Shown: positions 38,565-50,565, counted from the stretch's first letter. The stretch is 64,000 nucleotides of DNA from Escherichia coli (GCF_041886205.1 NZ_CP169029.1); one strand, 5' to 3'. The notes: generated by a model not told the origin, from the sequence alone. A program made the numbers and translations.

Positions 38565-38590
38565 TGTGTAATGTTATATTGTAACATATG
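38565..38590 (-). promoter_or_regulatory. Zur box in the zinT promoter
   Basis: GTGTAATGTTATATTGTAACATAT, a palindrome close to the Zur consensus. Confidence 0.6.
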
Positions 38591-38725
38591 ACAAAATGCA
38601 ACAACTCTTAGGAGATGAGAGCATAGTTTTCTCAGGTGTATTTATCTATCTTATTGAAATAAAATGAATTATGTTGATAATTTGAGGTTGATGACAAACG
38701 AAACATAACCTGATGTGATCTGCGC

Positions 38726-38758
38726 AGGCCGGACAGGGCGCTCGCGCCGCATCCGGCA
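38726..38758. repeat. REP (repetitive extragenic palindrome) element
   Basis: GCCGGACAGGGCGCTCGCGCCGCATCCGGC, typical REP sequence. Confidence 0.7.
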
Positions 38759-38790
38759 GGGATAACGCGTACTTTGTCGGCAATATGAAG

Positions 38791-39426
38791 TTATACAGAT
38801 AATTTGTTGTGAACCTGCTTGCGTAACCGGTTAAAAAGGGAACGCAACTTCTTATACCGTAAGGCTAAAAGCAGTACAGCCAGCCCAGCGTAGATGAGCG
38901 GCTGCGGTGAAATAATCTTCACTGACCACAGATAATGTATTGGGGCCAGGATCGCGACAAGATAGACGAAATTATGCAACTGTTGCCAGTGCTTGCCGAG
39001 TTTTCGCTGCATCGCCTGGGTTGAAGTAAACGCTAAAGCAAGCAAAATAACCCAGCTGATAATTCCTAACGTTAAATAAGGCCGGGTAATTAACTCCTTG
39101 CCTAATAACGCCAGATTATTCACGCCCAGCTCCAGCAATGCGTAACTGGTTAAATGCAGTGTCGCCCAGGCAAAGCACCATAAGCCTAACAGGCGGCGAG
39201 TGCGTATCAATAACGGCTGTTTTGCGTAGCGTGCCAGAGGTGTGATTAACAAGGTCGCCAGCAAAAATTTCAGTGCAGTGCGACCGGTAAAATGCTGAAT
39301 ATCTTTCACCGGATCGGCACCCAGTCCACCGTGATTGATCGCCCAGACCAGCCAGAGAAACGGCAACAATCCGGCAAGATGCAGGCAAACTTTCAGCCAT
39401 GTCACCTGTTTTGCTGTCAGACGCAT
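38791..39426 (-). CDS. msrQ: Methionine sulfoxide reductase heme-binding subunit MsrQ (YedZ)
   Basis: 211-aa membrane protein directly downstream of msrP. Confidence 0.9.
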   Translation of the reverse strand: MRLTAKQVTWLKVCLHLAGLLPFLWLVWAINHGGLGADPVKDIQHFTGRTALKFLLATLLITPLARYAKQPLLIRTRRLLGLWCFAWATLHLTSYALLELGVNNLALLGKELITRPYLTLGIISWVILLALAFTSTQAMQRKLGKHWQQLHNFVYLVAILAPIHYLWSVKIISPQPLIYAGLAVLLLALRYKKLRSLFNRLRKQVHNKLSV

Positions 39427-40434
<1,008 letters not shown>

Positions 40435-40539
40435 TCATCACACTTTTTTGTCGTTAGCCAGCAAGAGCCGTTTACTGTTAATCTGTCAGGGAGTGTCCTC
40501 CCTAACAGTAGCAGAGATCTGCTTTTACATATTTATGCT

Positions 40540-40953
40540 TTAACTGCCACGATAGGTTGAATACCCATATTGGCTAAGTAATAAAGGCACATGATAATGC
40601 TCGTTCACTTTATTAATATGAAATTCAACGGGGATCTCAGGGAAGAAACTTTCAAGATTTTGTTTCTTGAAATAGTCCCCGGTTTTAAATACGACACGGT
40701 AATCGCCCGTAGTTGCAGTTTGCTCGGGCCACAGTGCCTTAATTCGTCCATCCTTATCTGTTTTGGCGGTATTAAGTTGTAACCAGCCGTTATCCGCCTT
40801 CTTTTCAAGAGTGACTGTCACGTCAGCAGCGGGTTTTCCGGTTTGCTGGTTCAAAATGTGCACGCTAAGAATGTTTTGTTGTGCGGCATAAACCAAAGAA
40901 GGTAATGAAAATGCTGCCGTTGCTACCGAGAGTACTAAATAACGCTTTAACAT
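40540..40953 (-). CDS. hiuH: 5-hydroxyisourate hydrolase (transthyretin-like) HiuH
   Basis: 137 aa with signal peptide and C-terminal YRGS motif. Confidence 0.88.
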   Translation of the reverse strand: MLKRYLVLSVATAAFSLPSLVYAAQQNILSVHILNQQTGKPAADVTVTLEKKADNGWLQLNTAKTDKDGRIKALWPEQTATTGDYRVVFKTGDYFKKQNLESFFPEIPVEFHINKVNEHYHVPLLLSQYGYSTYRGS

Positions 40954-41021
40954 GTTTATATCCTTGTCATGTGAATGAGTTTTGAGGATAGCGAAAAAGC
41001 GGCCAGGGTAACCTTACAGCA

Positions 41022-41039
41022 GCATTACAATTTTGTAAT
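41022..41039. promoter_or_regulatory. HprR box palindrome in the hiuH-hprR intergenic region
   Basis: CATTACAATTTTGTAATG, perfect palindrome. Confidence 0.55.
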
Positions 41040-41085
41040 GAACCAGGCTGTTTCTATAACATATGATTTATGGCATATTATTTTC

Positions 41086-41757
41086 ATGAAGATTTTACTT
41101 ATTGAAGATAATCAAAGGACCCAGGAGTGGGTAACGCAGGGGCTTTCCGAAGCGGGTTATGTCATTGATGCCGTTTCTGATGGCAGAGATGGGCTTTATC
41201 TTGCGCTGAAGGATGATTATGCATTGATCATTCTGGATATTATGCTTCCGGGTATGGATGGCTGGCAGATCTTACAAACGTTAAGAACAGCAAAGCAAAC
41301 CCCTGTTATTTGCCTTACTGCAAGGGATTCTGTCGATGACAGAGTCAGAGGGCTGGACAGTGGAGCAAATGATTATCTGGTAAAACCTTTTTCATTTTCT
41401 GAGTTGCTGGCAAGGGTTCGGGCACAATTAAGGCAACATCACGCTTTGAATTCAACATTAGAAATCAGTGGCTTAAGAATGGACTCTGTTAGTCAAAGTG
41501 TGAGCAGGGACAATATCAGTATTACACTGACGCGCAAGGAGTTTCAGTTACTTTGGCTACTGGCCTCCAGAGCTGGCGAAATTATACCCAGAACGGTTAT
41601 TGCGAGTGAAATTTGGGGAATCAACTTTGATAGTGATACCAATACGGTGGATGTCGCCATTCGCAGGCTCCGCGCAAAAGTTGATGATCCTTTTCCTGAA
41701 AAGCTAATCGCCACAATCCGGGGGATGGGCTATTCATTCGTAGCGGTAAAAAAATAA
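41086..41757 (+). CDS. hprR: Two-component response regulator HprR (YedW), OmpR family
   Basis: 223 aa from MKILLIEDNQRTQEWV...; the track ORF's 37-codon upstream extension would include the HprR box. Confidence 0.88.
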   Translation: MKILLIEDNQRTQEWVTQGLSEAGYVIDAVSDGRDGLYLALKDDYALIILDIMLPGMDGWQILQTLRTAKQTPVICLTARDSVDDRVRGLDSGANDYLVKPFSFSELLARVRAQLRQHHALNSTLEISGLRMDSVSQSVSRDNISITLTRKEFQLLWLLASRAGEIIPRTVIASEIWGINFDSDTNTVDVAIRRLRAKVDDPFPEKLIATIRGMGYSFVAVKK

Positions 41758-43115
41758 TGAAAAGATTATCTATAACCGTCCGTTTAACCTTGCTTTTTAT
41801 ATTGCTGCTGTCTGTTGCTGGCGCTGGAATTGTATGGACTCTCTATAATGGCCTGGCAAGTGAGTTGAAATGGCGCGATGATACAACACTCATTAACCGG
41901 ACAGCGCAGATCAAGCAGTTGTTAATTGATGGGGTAAATCCAGATACGTTACCTGTGTACTTTAACCGGATGATGGATGTTAGTCAGGATATCTTGATCA
42001 TTCATGGTGATGGCATCAATAAAATTGTTAACCGGACGAATGTCAGTGATGACATGTTAAATAACATACCTGCTAGTGAGACAATCAGCGCAGCTGGCAT
42101 TTACAGAAGCATTATTAATGATACAGAGATAGATGCTTTACGAATTAATATTGATGAAGTTTCGCCATCATTAACGGTTACTGTGGCTAAATTGGCTTCA
42201 GCCAGACATAACATGCTTGAACAGTATAAAATTAATAGCATTATAATTTGCATTGTCGCCATTGTACTTTGCTCAGTATTAAGTCCGCTGTTAATCAGAA
42301 CGGGATTACGAGAGATCAAAAAGTTGAGTGGTGTAACGGAAGCGCTGAATTATAACGATAGCCGGGAGCCTGTTGAGGTTAGCGCATTACCGAGAGAACT
42401 AAAACCTCTTGGGCAGGCGTTGAATAAAATGCATCAAGCCTTAGTCAAAGATTTTGAACGCCTAAGTCAATTTGCTGACGATCTCGCTCATGAACTTAGA
42501 ACGCCCATTAATGCATTACTGGGTCAGAATCAGGTTACGCTCAGTCAAACCAGAAGTATCGCTGAATATCAAAAAACAATTGCCGGAAACATTGAAGAGC
42601 TGGAAAATATTTCGCGGTTAACAGAGAACATACTGTTTCTTGCCCGGGCAGATAAAAACAATGTTTTGGTAAAACTGGACTCGCTTTCTCTCAATAAGGA
42701 AGTCGAAAATTTGTTGGACTATCTTGAATATCTTTCAGACGAGAAAGAGATTTGCTTTAAGGTCGAGTGCAATCAGCAAATCTTTGCGGATAAAATTTTA
42801 CTGCAACGAATGCTATCGAATCTTATTGTTAATGCCATTAGATATTCACCAGAAAAATCGCGTATTCATATAACCAGTTTTCTTGATACCAACGGTTCTC
42901 TTAATATTGATATCGCCAGTCCTGGAACGAAAATACATGAGCCTGAAAAACTCTTCCGTAGATTTTGGCGGGGAGATAATTCGCGTCATTCCGTAGGTCA
43001 GGGACTTGGTCTTTCTTTAGTCAAAGCGATTGCCGAATTACACGGGGGAAGTGCTACGTATCACTATCTCAATAAGCATAATGTGTTCCGGATTACGTTA
43101 CCGCAAAGAAATTAA
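41757..43115 (+). CDS. hprS: Sensor histidine kinase HprS (YedV)
   Basis: 452 aa, two TM segments, HAMP, H-box (LAHELRTP) and ATPase motifs; start overlaps the hprR stop. Confidence 0.9.
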   Translation: MKRLSITVRLTLLFILLLSVAGAGIVWTLYNGLASELKWRDDTTLINRTAQIKQLLIDGVNPDTLPVYFNRMMDVSQDILIIHGDGINKIVNRTNVSDDMLNNIPASETISAAGIYRSIINDTEIDALRINIDEVSPSLTVTVAKLASARHNMLEQYKINSIIICIVAIVLCSVLSPLLIRTGLREIKKLSGVTEALNYNDSREPVEVSALPRELKPLGQALNKMHQALVKDFERLSQFADDLAHELRTPINALLGQNQVTLSQTRSIAEYQKTIAGNIEELENISRLTENILFLARADKNNVLVKLDSLSLNKEVENLLDYLEYLSDEKEICFKVECNQQIFADKILLQRMLSNLIVNAIRYSPEKSRIHITSFLDTNGSLNIDIASPGTKIHEPEKLFRRFWRGDNSRHSVGQGLGLSLVKAIAELHGGSATYHYLNKHNVFRITLPQRN

Positions 43116-43222
43116 CATAGGGCTTCAGTACGCCATAAATCAACCATGAAAAAACGCAGCCACGTCGTGAGTACTAACGCAGCTGCGATTGATTATGCGC
43201 TTACATTCAAACGTAACAGGGA

Positions 43223-44074
43223 TTAACCCGCGTAAGCTGCCAGCATTTCCTGCGCCGCCAGTTTACCCAACGCATTCGCTGCGAAAGGACTGTCGCCGGT
43301 GAGAACTTTACGGTCCTTATGTACTCGCCCGGTGATGTCGTCATTAATAATGTTCATGCCCATTTTCTTCAGCTCTTCGCCGAAGTACCAGGTGAGATGA
43401 CCCGGCATATAGCCTATCTCTGGCGTTTGTTTGTCTGCGGCGTCTGGGAATGCGCAAATGGAATAACCATTCAGTGGGTTATCGCCGTGGCGAAGCGCCA
43501 GAAAAGCCGCCGGGCCGTGGCAAAGGGAGATAACAAAACGGTCATTTTTGATTGCCCACTGTAAAGCAGCAGCCACGTCCTGGCTTTCTGGTAAACCAAT
43601 AAGTGCGCCATGACCACCAGGAACAAAGATTGCTGCATATTCGCTATCAGCGTTGAGGCTGGCGACAACATCCGCGAGTTTCTTCGGATTGCGGAACAAC
43701 GATTTATGCTGCTCAAAGAATGGCATTACTTTTTCATCTTTGTGCGGCATAGCCCAGTATTCAAACTTGGTCATCAGACCGGAAATGGTCGCCACTTCGA
43801 ATTCGAAACCTGCAGCATGGAGATGATACAACGGCAGCAACGTTTCAATCGGATGGTTACCAGTCGAGAACAGTTTTCCGTTATCGGTCGGCAAATAACG
43901 TTCGTCCGCGGCGATCACCAGAATTTTATGCTTACCGCGATACGGTTTTGGATAGTCCACGCCATCAAGATCAGAGACGGGACTGGTATATTGGCTAAGC
44001 GAATATTCTGAAGGGAAGAATGCATTATCTTCAGCAATATCGACCTGCGGATTTTTACTTGTTTGAACAGTCAT
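43223..44074 (-). CDS. hchA: Hsp31 glyoxalase / protein deglycase HchA
   Basis: 283 aa DJ-1/PfpI family with catalytic Cys in ...ISLCHGPAAF... Confidence 0.9.
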   Translation of the reverse strand: MTVQTSKNPQVDIAEDNAFFPSEYSLSQYTSPVSDLDGVDYPKPYRGKHKILVIAADERYLPTDNGKLFSTGNHPIETLLPLYHLHAAGFEFEVATISGLMTKFEYWAMPHKDEKVMPFFEQHKSLFRNPKKLADVVASLNADSEYAAIFVPGGHGALIGLPESQDVAAALQWAIKNDRFVISLCHGPAAFLALRHGDNPLNGYSICAFPDAADKQTPEIGYMPGHLTWYFGEELKKMGMNIINDDITGRVHKDRKVLTGDSPFAANALGKLAAQEMLAAYAG

Positions 44075-44585
44075 AGTGTATTCCTTATTGTTGCTTAGTT
44101 AGGGTAGTCACTATATTTGCGACTGAGCTGGTCGCTATTTTTAACCAGGCTGGAAAATTGAGTCAATATATCGAAAGCGGTAGTCGGCGGGTGTAAGTAT
44201 GTAATGATGATGCTGCACTGGTGTTGAATATTATTCACGCCAAATTTTCCTTATTGAGCAACGTCGTCGCAAGTGGCCTCAATGATTTTAGACCATTATC
44301 AGAGGTACGGGGCGGCGGGGAGAGATTTAGTGCTGTGGAATATTGTGGTGCTGATGAATATTTATATCCCGGATTGGTAGAGAAAAAGCTTATTTCATGC
44401 ACTATTTTTGCAAATATTTCTATATGGGAAGCGTGTTTGTTACGGGTTAATTCATCAGAATGTGCATTTGGGGTGTTGGCTGGAAGAGTCGCTGGTAGAT
44501 GTTATTGTGCCAGCAGGGGCAGGGTAAGGTACTGTATCGATATGCTTTGGCAATTGCATGTGCCGCAGATGGAGATGAAATGCCA

Positions 44586-44623
44586 ATAAAAAAGCCTGAG
44601 TTCGATGAGGGACGAACTCAGGC
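44586..44623 (-). terminator. Rho-independent terminator after the yedS-like porin gene
   Basis: GCCTGAGTTCG...CGAACTCAGGC hairpin followed by a T-run on the minus strand. Confidence 0.75.
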
Positions 44624-44666
44624 TAGTGTTAAGTTTTACAGTAACACGCCGCAGCGCGTTGGCTGA

Positions 44667-45881
44667 TTAGAACTGGTAGACTAAGCCCACAGCAACGATG
44701 TCATCGGTAGCGATGCCGTTGTTTGCGTAGAAGTCATCGTCGTTGTCCAGCAGGTTGATTTTGTAATCAACATAGGTGGACATGTTTTTGTTAAAGTAAT
44801 AGGTTGCACCAACCTCAACGTATTTAACCAGATCTTTATTGGTATAATGATAATTACCATTGTTGTACATTTCTTGACCACCTAAATCCTTACCTTTAGA
44901 TTGGAGGTAAGCAATTGAAGGACGCAGGCCGAAATCAAATTGGTACTGAGCAACAACTTCAAAGTTCTGAGTTTTGTTAGCGATACCACCGCCGCCAAGT
45001 TTCCCATCGGCTGAATGAGAGTCGCTGCTACCATAAGCGGTCATATTGCGAGTCTCTGCATACATTGCTGCTAAATATACATTGTTGGCATCGTATTTAG
45101 CACCAACAGTCCACGCTTCTGCAGTACCACCACCTGCATAGCTATTACCATAGAAATGATTGCCATCTCCATACCCACGAGCAGCTTGGTTATTGGAACG
45201 GTCAGAATTAGAGTAAGCAGCACCCAGACTTAAACCGAAGTCGAAGTCGTAGGAAGTAGACATACCGAAACCATCGCCATTTTCTTTAGCAAGGCTACGG
45301 CCATCTCCGCTGCCAGATCCTTCTTGGCCAAAGAGACTGTCACTGCCACTTTCATTATTACTCTGATATTGCAGCGCAAAGTTCAAGCCATCAACCTGAC
45401 CAAAGAAGCCATTGTTACGGTAGGTTGCAACACCGTTGGTACGACCGTTCATGAAATTGTCGGCACCAGCATAGGTATCGCCACCAAATTCTGGCAGCAT
45501 ATCGGTCCATGCTTCGATGTCATATACGACACCGTAGTTACGACCATAATCGAAAGTACCATTCTGACCAAAACCTAAACCTGCGAAAGCCAGACGGGTA
45601 GCAGAGTTATCTCCATCGCCTTCTGTGCCATTTGCTTGCAGGTTGTATTCCCACTGACCATAACCAGTGAACTGGTCAGCGATCTGAGTTTCACCTTTGA
45701 AACCGATACGGGCATATGACTTGTCGCCATCGCTGCCGGCATCATCAGAGAAGTAGTGCAGGCCCGCTACTTTTCCGTACAAATCCAGTTTATTACCATC
45801 TTTATTATAGATTTCAGCCGCATTTGCTGCGCCAGCAACTAATAACGCCGGGACCAGCATTGCCAGAACTTTTCTTTTCAT
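44667..45881 (-). CDS. yedS: OmpC/OmpF-family general porin, apparently intact (yedS-like)
   Basis: Signal peptide [22 protein letters not shown]-terminal [17 protein letters not shown] and C-terminal ...VGLVYQF typical of enterobacterial porins; Gly/Asp/Ser-rich loops; start placed at the internal ATG. Confidence 0.8.
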   Translation of the reverse strand: MKRKVLAMLVPALLVAGAANAAEIYNKDGNKLDLYGKVAGLHYFSDDAGSDGDKSYARIGFKGETQIADQFTGYGQWEYNLQANGTEGDGDNSATRLAFAGLGFGQNGTFDYGRNYGVVYDIEAWTDMLPEFGGDTYAGADNFMNGRTNGVATYRNNGFFGQVDGLNFALQYQSNNESGSDSLFGQEGSGSGDGRSLAKENGDGFGMSTSYDFDFGLSLGAAYSNSDRSNNQAARGYGDGNHFYGNSYAGGGTAEAWTVGAKYDANNVYLAAMYAETRNMTAYGSSDSHSADGKLGGGGIANKTQNFEVVAQYQFDFGLRPSIAYLQSKGKDLGGQEMYNNGNYHYTNKDLVKYVEVGATYYFNKNMSTYVDYKINLLDNDDDFYANNGIATDDIVAVGLVYQF

Positions 45882-46192
45882 TATGTATTCCCTTGTGATT
45901 ATAATCTTCATGAATATATCAATAAGTGCCGTTATCCAAAAAAAAGCACATTTGGATACTATTCTATGAAGTTCATTTTATTTTAAGGATTACATGTAAC
46001 AAATGTATTTAAAAGATTTCAAAATGTTTCTAATCTATTTAATATAATTCAGGATTATGAATTCTAAATATAAATATTCATGAAAATTATAAATGTATAT
46101 CAATATGTTATGAGTTGAGCGGAAGCATAGGGGGTATCAATGATTGTTGCGCCAAACGGCTGGTGTGATCACGCGCACATTAATGAAGGCAT

Positions 46193-46285
46193 AAAAAAAA
46201 GCCGGCATCATGCCGGCCCAAAAAATATAAACAAGACGATAAAAGGCTAATAACGGAAGCATCATGACACAGAATAATAAAAAGG
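46193..46285 (-). ncRNA. rseX: Candidate small RNA (RseX-like), defined by a minus-strand intrinsic terminator
   Basis: GCCGGCATGATGCCGGC hairpin followed by T8 on the minus strand at about 46193-46217; no ORF upstream on that strand; 5' end not determined. Confidence 0.35.
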
Positions 46286-46429
46286 TATAATTGTAATCAG
46301 TGCTAATATATTGATTGAATGAATTAATAAAGCCGATCTCAAAGATAAATAAAATCGCTCAAAACGATTTTTCCTGTATTCACTGCCGTTGCGCAAAAAT
46401 TATCTATTTGTTCAAAAAATGAGTGAGTC

Positions 46430-46813
46430 TTGACTGGCTCATCCAATGTGGAAAAATGTGACTTTTATCACATAATAGTACTAAGTCTGAATTTTCCGGG
46501 TTATCTCAAAATGGAATACGGTTCGACAAAGATGGAAGAGAGACTCTCTCGCAGCCCTGGCGGCAAACTGGCTTTGTGGGCTTTCTATACATGGTGTGGC
46601 TATTTCGTCTGGGCAATGGCGCGTTACATCTGGGTGATGAGCCGGATCCCCGATGCCCCCGTGTCGGGATTTGAAAGCGATTTAGGTTCTACCGCGGGAA
46701 AGTGGTTAGGGGCACTGGTCGGCTTTTTATTTATGGCTCTGGTCGGGGCATTGTTAGGTAGCATTGCCTGGTACACTCGGCCTCGTCCCGCACGTAGCAG
46801 ACGCTATGAATAA
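46430..46813 (+). CDS. yedR: Inner membrane protein YedR (start codon uncertain)
   Basis: Small protein with two predicted TM helices; track start is TTG, an alternative GTG is 6 codons downstream. Confidence 0.75.
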   Translation: MTGSSNVEKCDFYHIIVLSLNFPGYLKMEYGSTKMEERLSRSPGGKLALWAFYTWCGYFVWAMARYIWVMSRIPDAPVSGFESDLGSTAGKWLGALVGFLFMALVGALLGSIAWYTRPRPARSRRYE

Positions 46814-46852
46814 AAACTGCTAAGGTTGCGACTCTTTGGCAACGGAGCGCGT

Positions 46853-47548
46853 ATGGACTTACAACACTGGCAGGCACAGTTCGAAAACTGGTTGAAAAAC
46901 CATCATCAGCACCAGGACGCGGCCCATGACGTGTGTCATTTTCGTCGCGTCTGGGCTACGGCACAGAAGCTGGCGGCAGATGATGACGTCGATATGCTGG
47001 TGATTTTAACCGCCTGTTATTTCCACGATATTGTGAGCCTGGCGAAAAATCATCCGCAACGGCAGCGTTCTTCAATCCTGGCGGCAGAAGAGACGCGTCG
47101 CCTGCTCCGTGAAGAGTTCGTGCAATTTCCGGCGGAGAAAATCGAGGCCGTTTGTCATGCCATTGCCGCTCACAGTTTCAGCGCGCAAATCGCCCCCTTA
47201 ACAACGGAAGCTAAAATCGTCCAGGATGCGGATCGGCTGGAAGCCCTGGGGGCGATTGGCCTGGCGCGCGTGTTTGCCGTTTCAGGGGCATTGGGCGTGG
47301 CGCTGTTTGATGGCGAAGATCCGTTCGCACAGTATCGCCCGCTTGATGATAAACGCTACGCGCTGGATCATTTCCAGACTAAGTTGCTGAAGCTACCGCA
47401 AACCATGCAAACCGCAAGAGGCAAGCAGCTGGCGCAGCACAACGCGCATTTTTTAGTCGAGTTTATGGCGAAGCTCAGTGCCGAACTGGCGGGGGAGAAT
47501 GAAGGTGTCGATCACAAGGTGATAGATGCGTTTTCACCCGCGGGCTGA
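46853..47548 (+). CDS. yedJ: HD-domain phosphohydrolase YedJ
   Basis: 231 aa from [14 protein letters not shown]...; HD motif (CYFHDIV). Confidence 0.85.
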   Translation: MDLQHWQAQFENWLKNHHQHQDAAHDVCHFRRVWATAQKLAADDDVDMLVILTACYFHDIVSLAKNHPQRQRSSILAAEETRRLLREEFVQFPAEKIEAVCHAIAAHSFSAQIAPLTTEAKIVQDADRLEALGAIGLARVFAVSGALGVALFDGEDPFAQYRPLDDKRYALDHFQTKLLKLPQTMQTARGKQLAQHNAHFLVEFMAKLSAELAGENEGVDHKVIDAFSPAG

Positions 47549-47614
47549 GCGCGTGGCCCTAAATGGCTGTAATTATGTTAACCTGTCGGCCATCTCAGAT
47601 GGCCGGTTAAATCT

Positions 47615-49033
47615 ATGCAGGAAAATATATCAGTAACCGATTCATACAGCACCGGGAATGCCGCACAGGCAATGCTGGAGAAACTGCTGCAAATTTATGA
47701 TGTTAAAACGTTGGTGGCGCAGCTTAATGGTGTAGGTGAGAATCACTGGAGCGCGGCAATTTTAAAACGTGCGCTGGCGAATGACTCGGCATGGCACCGT
47801 TTAAGTGAGAAAGAGTTCGCCCATCTGCAAACGTTATTACCCAAACCACCGGCACATCATCCGCATTATGCGTTTCGCTTTATCGATCTATTCGCCGGAA
47901 TTGGCGGCATCCGTCGCGGTTTTGAATCGATTGGCGGACAGTGCGTGTTTACCAGCGAATGGAACAAACATGCGGTACGCACTTATAAAGCCAACCATTA
48001 TTGCGATCCGGCGACGCATCATTTTAATGAAGATATCCGCGACATCACCCTCAGCCATAAAGAAGGCGTGAGTGATGAGGCGGCGGCGGAACATATTCGT
48101 CAACACATTCCTGAACACGATGTTTTACTGGCCGGTTTCCCTTGTCAGCCATTTTCGCTGGCTGGCGTATCGAAAAAGAACTCGCTCGGGCGGGCGCACG
48201 GTTTTGCCTGCGATACCCAGGGCACGCTGTTTTTTGATGTGGTGCGCATTATCGACTCGCGTCGTCCGGCGATGTTTGTGCTCGAAAACGTCAAAAACCT
48301 GAAAAGCCATGACCAGGGTAAAACGTTCCGCATCATCATGCAGACGCTGGACGAACTGGGCTATGACGTGGCTGATGCAGAAGATAACGGGCCGGACGAT
48401 CCGAAAATCATCGATGGCAAACATTTTCTGCCGCAGCACCGTGAACGCATCGTGCTGGTGGGTTTTCGTCGCGATCTTAATCTGAAAGCCGATTTTACTC
48501 TGCGTGATATCAGCGAATGTTTCCCTGCACAGCGAGTGACGCTGGCGCAGCTGCTGGACCCGATGGTCGAGGCGAAATATATCCTGACGCCGGTGCTGTG
48601 GAAGTACCTCTATCGATATGCGAAAAAACATCAGGCGCGCGGTAACGGCTTCGGTTATGGAATGGTTTATCCGAACAATCCGCAAAGCGTCACCCGTACG
48701 CTGTCTGCGCGTTATTACAAAGATGGCGCGGAAATTTTAATCGATCGCGGCTGGGATATGGCCACGGGTGAGAAAGACTTTGACGATCCGCTGAATCAGC
48801 AACATCGTCCACGTCGGTTAACGCCTCGGGAATGCGCGCGCTTAATGGGTTTTGAAGCGCCGGGAGAAGCGAAATTCCGCATTCCGGTTTCGGACACTCA
48901 GGCCTATCGCCAGTTCGGTAACTCGGTGGTCGTGCCGGTCTTTGCCGCGGTGGCAAAACTGCTTGAGCCAAAAATCAAACAGGCGGTGGCGTTGCGTCAG
49001 CAAGAGGCACAACATGGCCGACGTTCACGATAA
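47615..49033 (+). CDS. dcm: DNA-cytosine C5-methyltransferase Dcm (CCWGG)
   Basis: 472 aa with motif I FAGIGG, catalytic PCQPFS, ENV motif. Confidence 0.93.
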   Translation: MQENISVTDSYSTGNAAQAMLEKLLQIYDVKTLVAQLNGVGENHWSAAILKRALANDSAWHRLSEKEFAHLQTLLPKPPAHHPHYAFRFIDLFAGIGGIRRGFESIGGQCVFTSEWNKHAVRTYKANHYCDPATHHFNEDIRDITLSHKEGVSDEAAAEHIRQHIPEHDVLLAGFPCQPFSLAGVSKKNSLGRAHGFACDTQGTLFFDVVRIIDSRRPAMFVLENVKNLKSHDQGKTFRIIMQTLDELGYDVADAEDNGPDDPKIIDGKHFLPQHRERIVLVGFRRDLNLKADFTLRDISECFPAQRVTLAQLLDPMVEAKYILTPVLWKYLYRYAKKHQARGNGFGYGMVYPNNPQSVTRTLSARYYKDGAEILIDRGWDMATGEKDFDDPLNQQHRPRRLTPRECARLMGFEAPGEAKFRIPVSDTQAYRQFGNSVVVPVFAAVAKLLEPKIKQAVALRQQEAQHGRRSR

Positions 49034-49484
49034 GGCCACTCGCAGCAAAAATATGCGCGCGATTGCCACGCGTGATACGGCGATAGAGAAGCGCCTCGCC
49101 AGTCTGTTAACCGGGCAGGGCCTGGCGTTTCGCGTTCAGGACGCCAGTCTGCCCGGACGCCCGGATTTTGTCGTTGATGAATATTGTTGCGTGATATTTA
49201 CCCACGGCTGCTTCTGGCATCATCATCACTGCTATCTGTTTAAAGTGCCTGCGACTCGAACCGAATTCTGGCTGGAGAAGATAGGTAAAAATGTTGAACG
49301 CGATCGCCGCGATATCAGTCGTTTGCAGGAACTCGGCTGGCGCGTATTGATTGTCTGGGAGTGTGCATTACGTGGGCGCGAGAAGCTGACGGATGAAGCG
49401 CTTACCGAGCGTCTGGAAGAGTGGATCTGCGGCGAAGGTGCCAGCGCGCAGATCGACACGCAGGGGATTCATTTACTCGCTTGA
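49014..49484 (+). CDS. vsr: Very-short-patch repair endonuclease Vsr
   Basis: 156 aa from [29 protein letters not shown]...; start overlaps the last 20 nt of dcm in another frame. Confidence 0.92.
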   Translation: MADVHDKATRSKNMRAIATRDTAIEKRLASLLTGQGLAFRVQDASLPGRPDFVVDEYCCVIFTHGCFWHHHHCYLFKVPATRTEFWLEKIGKNVERDRRDISRLQELGWRVLIVWECALRGREKLTDEALTERLEEWICGEGASAQIDTQGIHLLA

Positions 49485-50393
49485 TGCGTCCTGAATAACT
49501 GGCGCAACTACGGGTTTTGCCGGGAAGAGATATATTCCCAACGTGACCAGTACCACCGCGAAGACAATTACGCCGAGCGCCAGCCATTCAATCTTCGACA
49601 GCGTTTCGCCACCCAGTCCCGTACCCAGCAAGACCGCGACCACCGGGTTAACGTAGGCGTAGCTGGTGGCGAGAGCCGGACTGACGTTGCGGATTAAATA
49701 CATATAAGCGTTAATGGCGATAATCGAACCAAACAGCGCCAGATAGCCGACCGCAAGGAAGCCTGAAAGGGAAGGGAGCGCCGTCAGTTTTTCACCCGCA
49801 ATCATCGACGCAATCATTAACACCACGCCTGCCGCCAGCATCTCAATCGCACCCGCCATCATCCCTACAGGTAATGTAATGCGCGAGCCATAAACCGAGC
49901 CAAACGCCCAGCTAATCGAGCCGATTAAAATCAGAATCGCGCCCCATGGATTGCCGCTTAAGTTTCCACCGCTATTGAGCATGATGATTCCGGCAAGCCC
50001 AATGGCGATACCCACCCATTCCAGTTTGCGAGTTTTAATGCCAAACAGGCGGCTGAAGCACAGGGTAAAAAGGGGCACGGTTGCAACCACTACGGCGGCG
50101 ATGCCGGAAGGAACATTTTGATGTTCGGCAACCGTCACCATGCCATTACCGACAGCCAGCAATAACAGGCCAATCAGCGCGGCATTGAGCAGCGGACGTA
50201 GCGGGGGGAGTTTGTGTCCGCGCAGTAGCAAAAATGCCAGCAATAAAATACCGGCTGCCAGGAATCGAACGCCCGCCATCATTAACGGAGGCCAGCTTTC
50301 CACGCCAATCCGAATGACAAAATAGGTTGAGCCCCAAATGATATACAACGCAAACAGCGCGCCAAAAAGCGGTAACAACTGGCGGAAACGCAT
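49473..50393 (-). CDS. yedA: EamA/DMT-family transporter YedA
   Basis: 306 aa, 10-TMS EamA-type membrane protein. Confidence 0.85.
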   Translation of the reverse strand: MRFRQLLPLFGALFALYIIWGSTYFVIRIGVESWPPLMMAGVRFLAAGILLLAFLLLRGHKLPPLRPLLNAALIGLLLLAVGNGMVTVAEHQNVPSGIAAVVVATVPLFTLCFSRLFGIKTRKLEWVGIAIGLAGIIMLNSGGNLSGNPWGAILILIGSISWAFGSVYGSRITLPVGMMAGAIEMLAAGVVLMIASMIAGEKLTALPSLSGFLAVGYLALFGSIIAINAYMYLIRNVSPALATSYAYVNPVVAVLLGTGLGGETLSKIEWLALGVIVFAVVLVTLGIYLFPAKPVVAPVIQDASSE

Positions 50394-50565
50394 AATCCCT
50401 CACGGCTGAAATAAAAAGGTGGTTCATAGTAAACGTGAAAATCATTCTGCTGGCGAGAGATATAATTGCACTTGATTGTTAAATAAATGTTGACCTGTGA
50501 AGCAAGTATCAGAGCTGCCGTTTTTGCTTCATACTTACACCCTTCAACAATAAAAATGAGAGGGA

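Noticed and set aside
44221-44589. 122-aa ORF in the hchA-yedS divergent intergenic region
   Set aside because: No RBS, odd Cys/Arg-rich composition, and it overlaps the yedS terminator; more likely AT-rich regulatory DNA.
45835-45915. Apparent 1-nt inconsistency between my hand reading of the sequence and the ORF-track frames near the yedS start
   Set aside because: Most likely my own miscount while reading the text; it does not affect gene calls, but hand-derived coordinates should be treated as plus or minus 1-2 nt.
48125-48685. 186-aa minus-strand ORF antisense to dcm
   Set aside because: Entirely inside the well-supported dcm frame; no RBS; composition typical of antisense translation.
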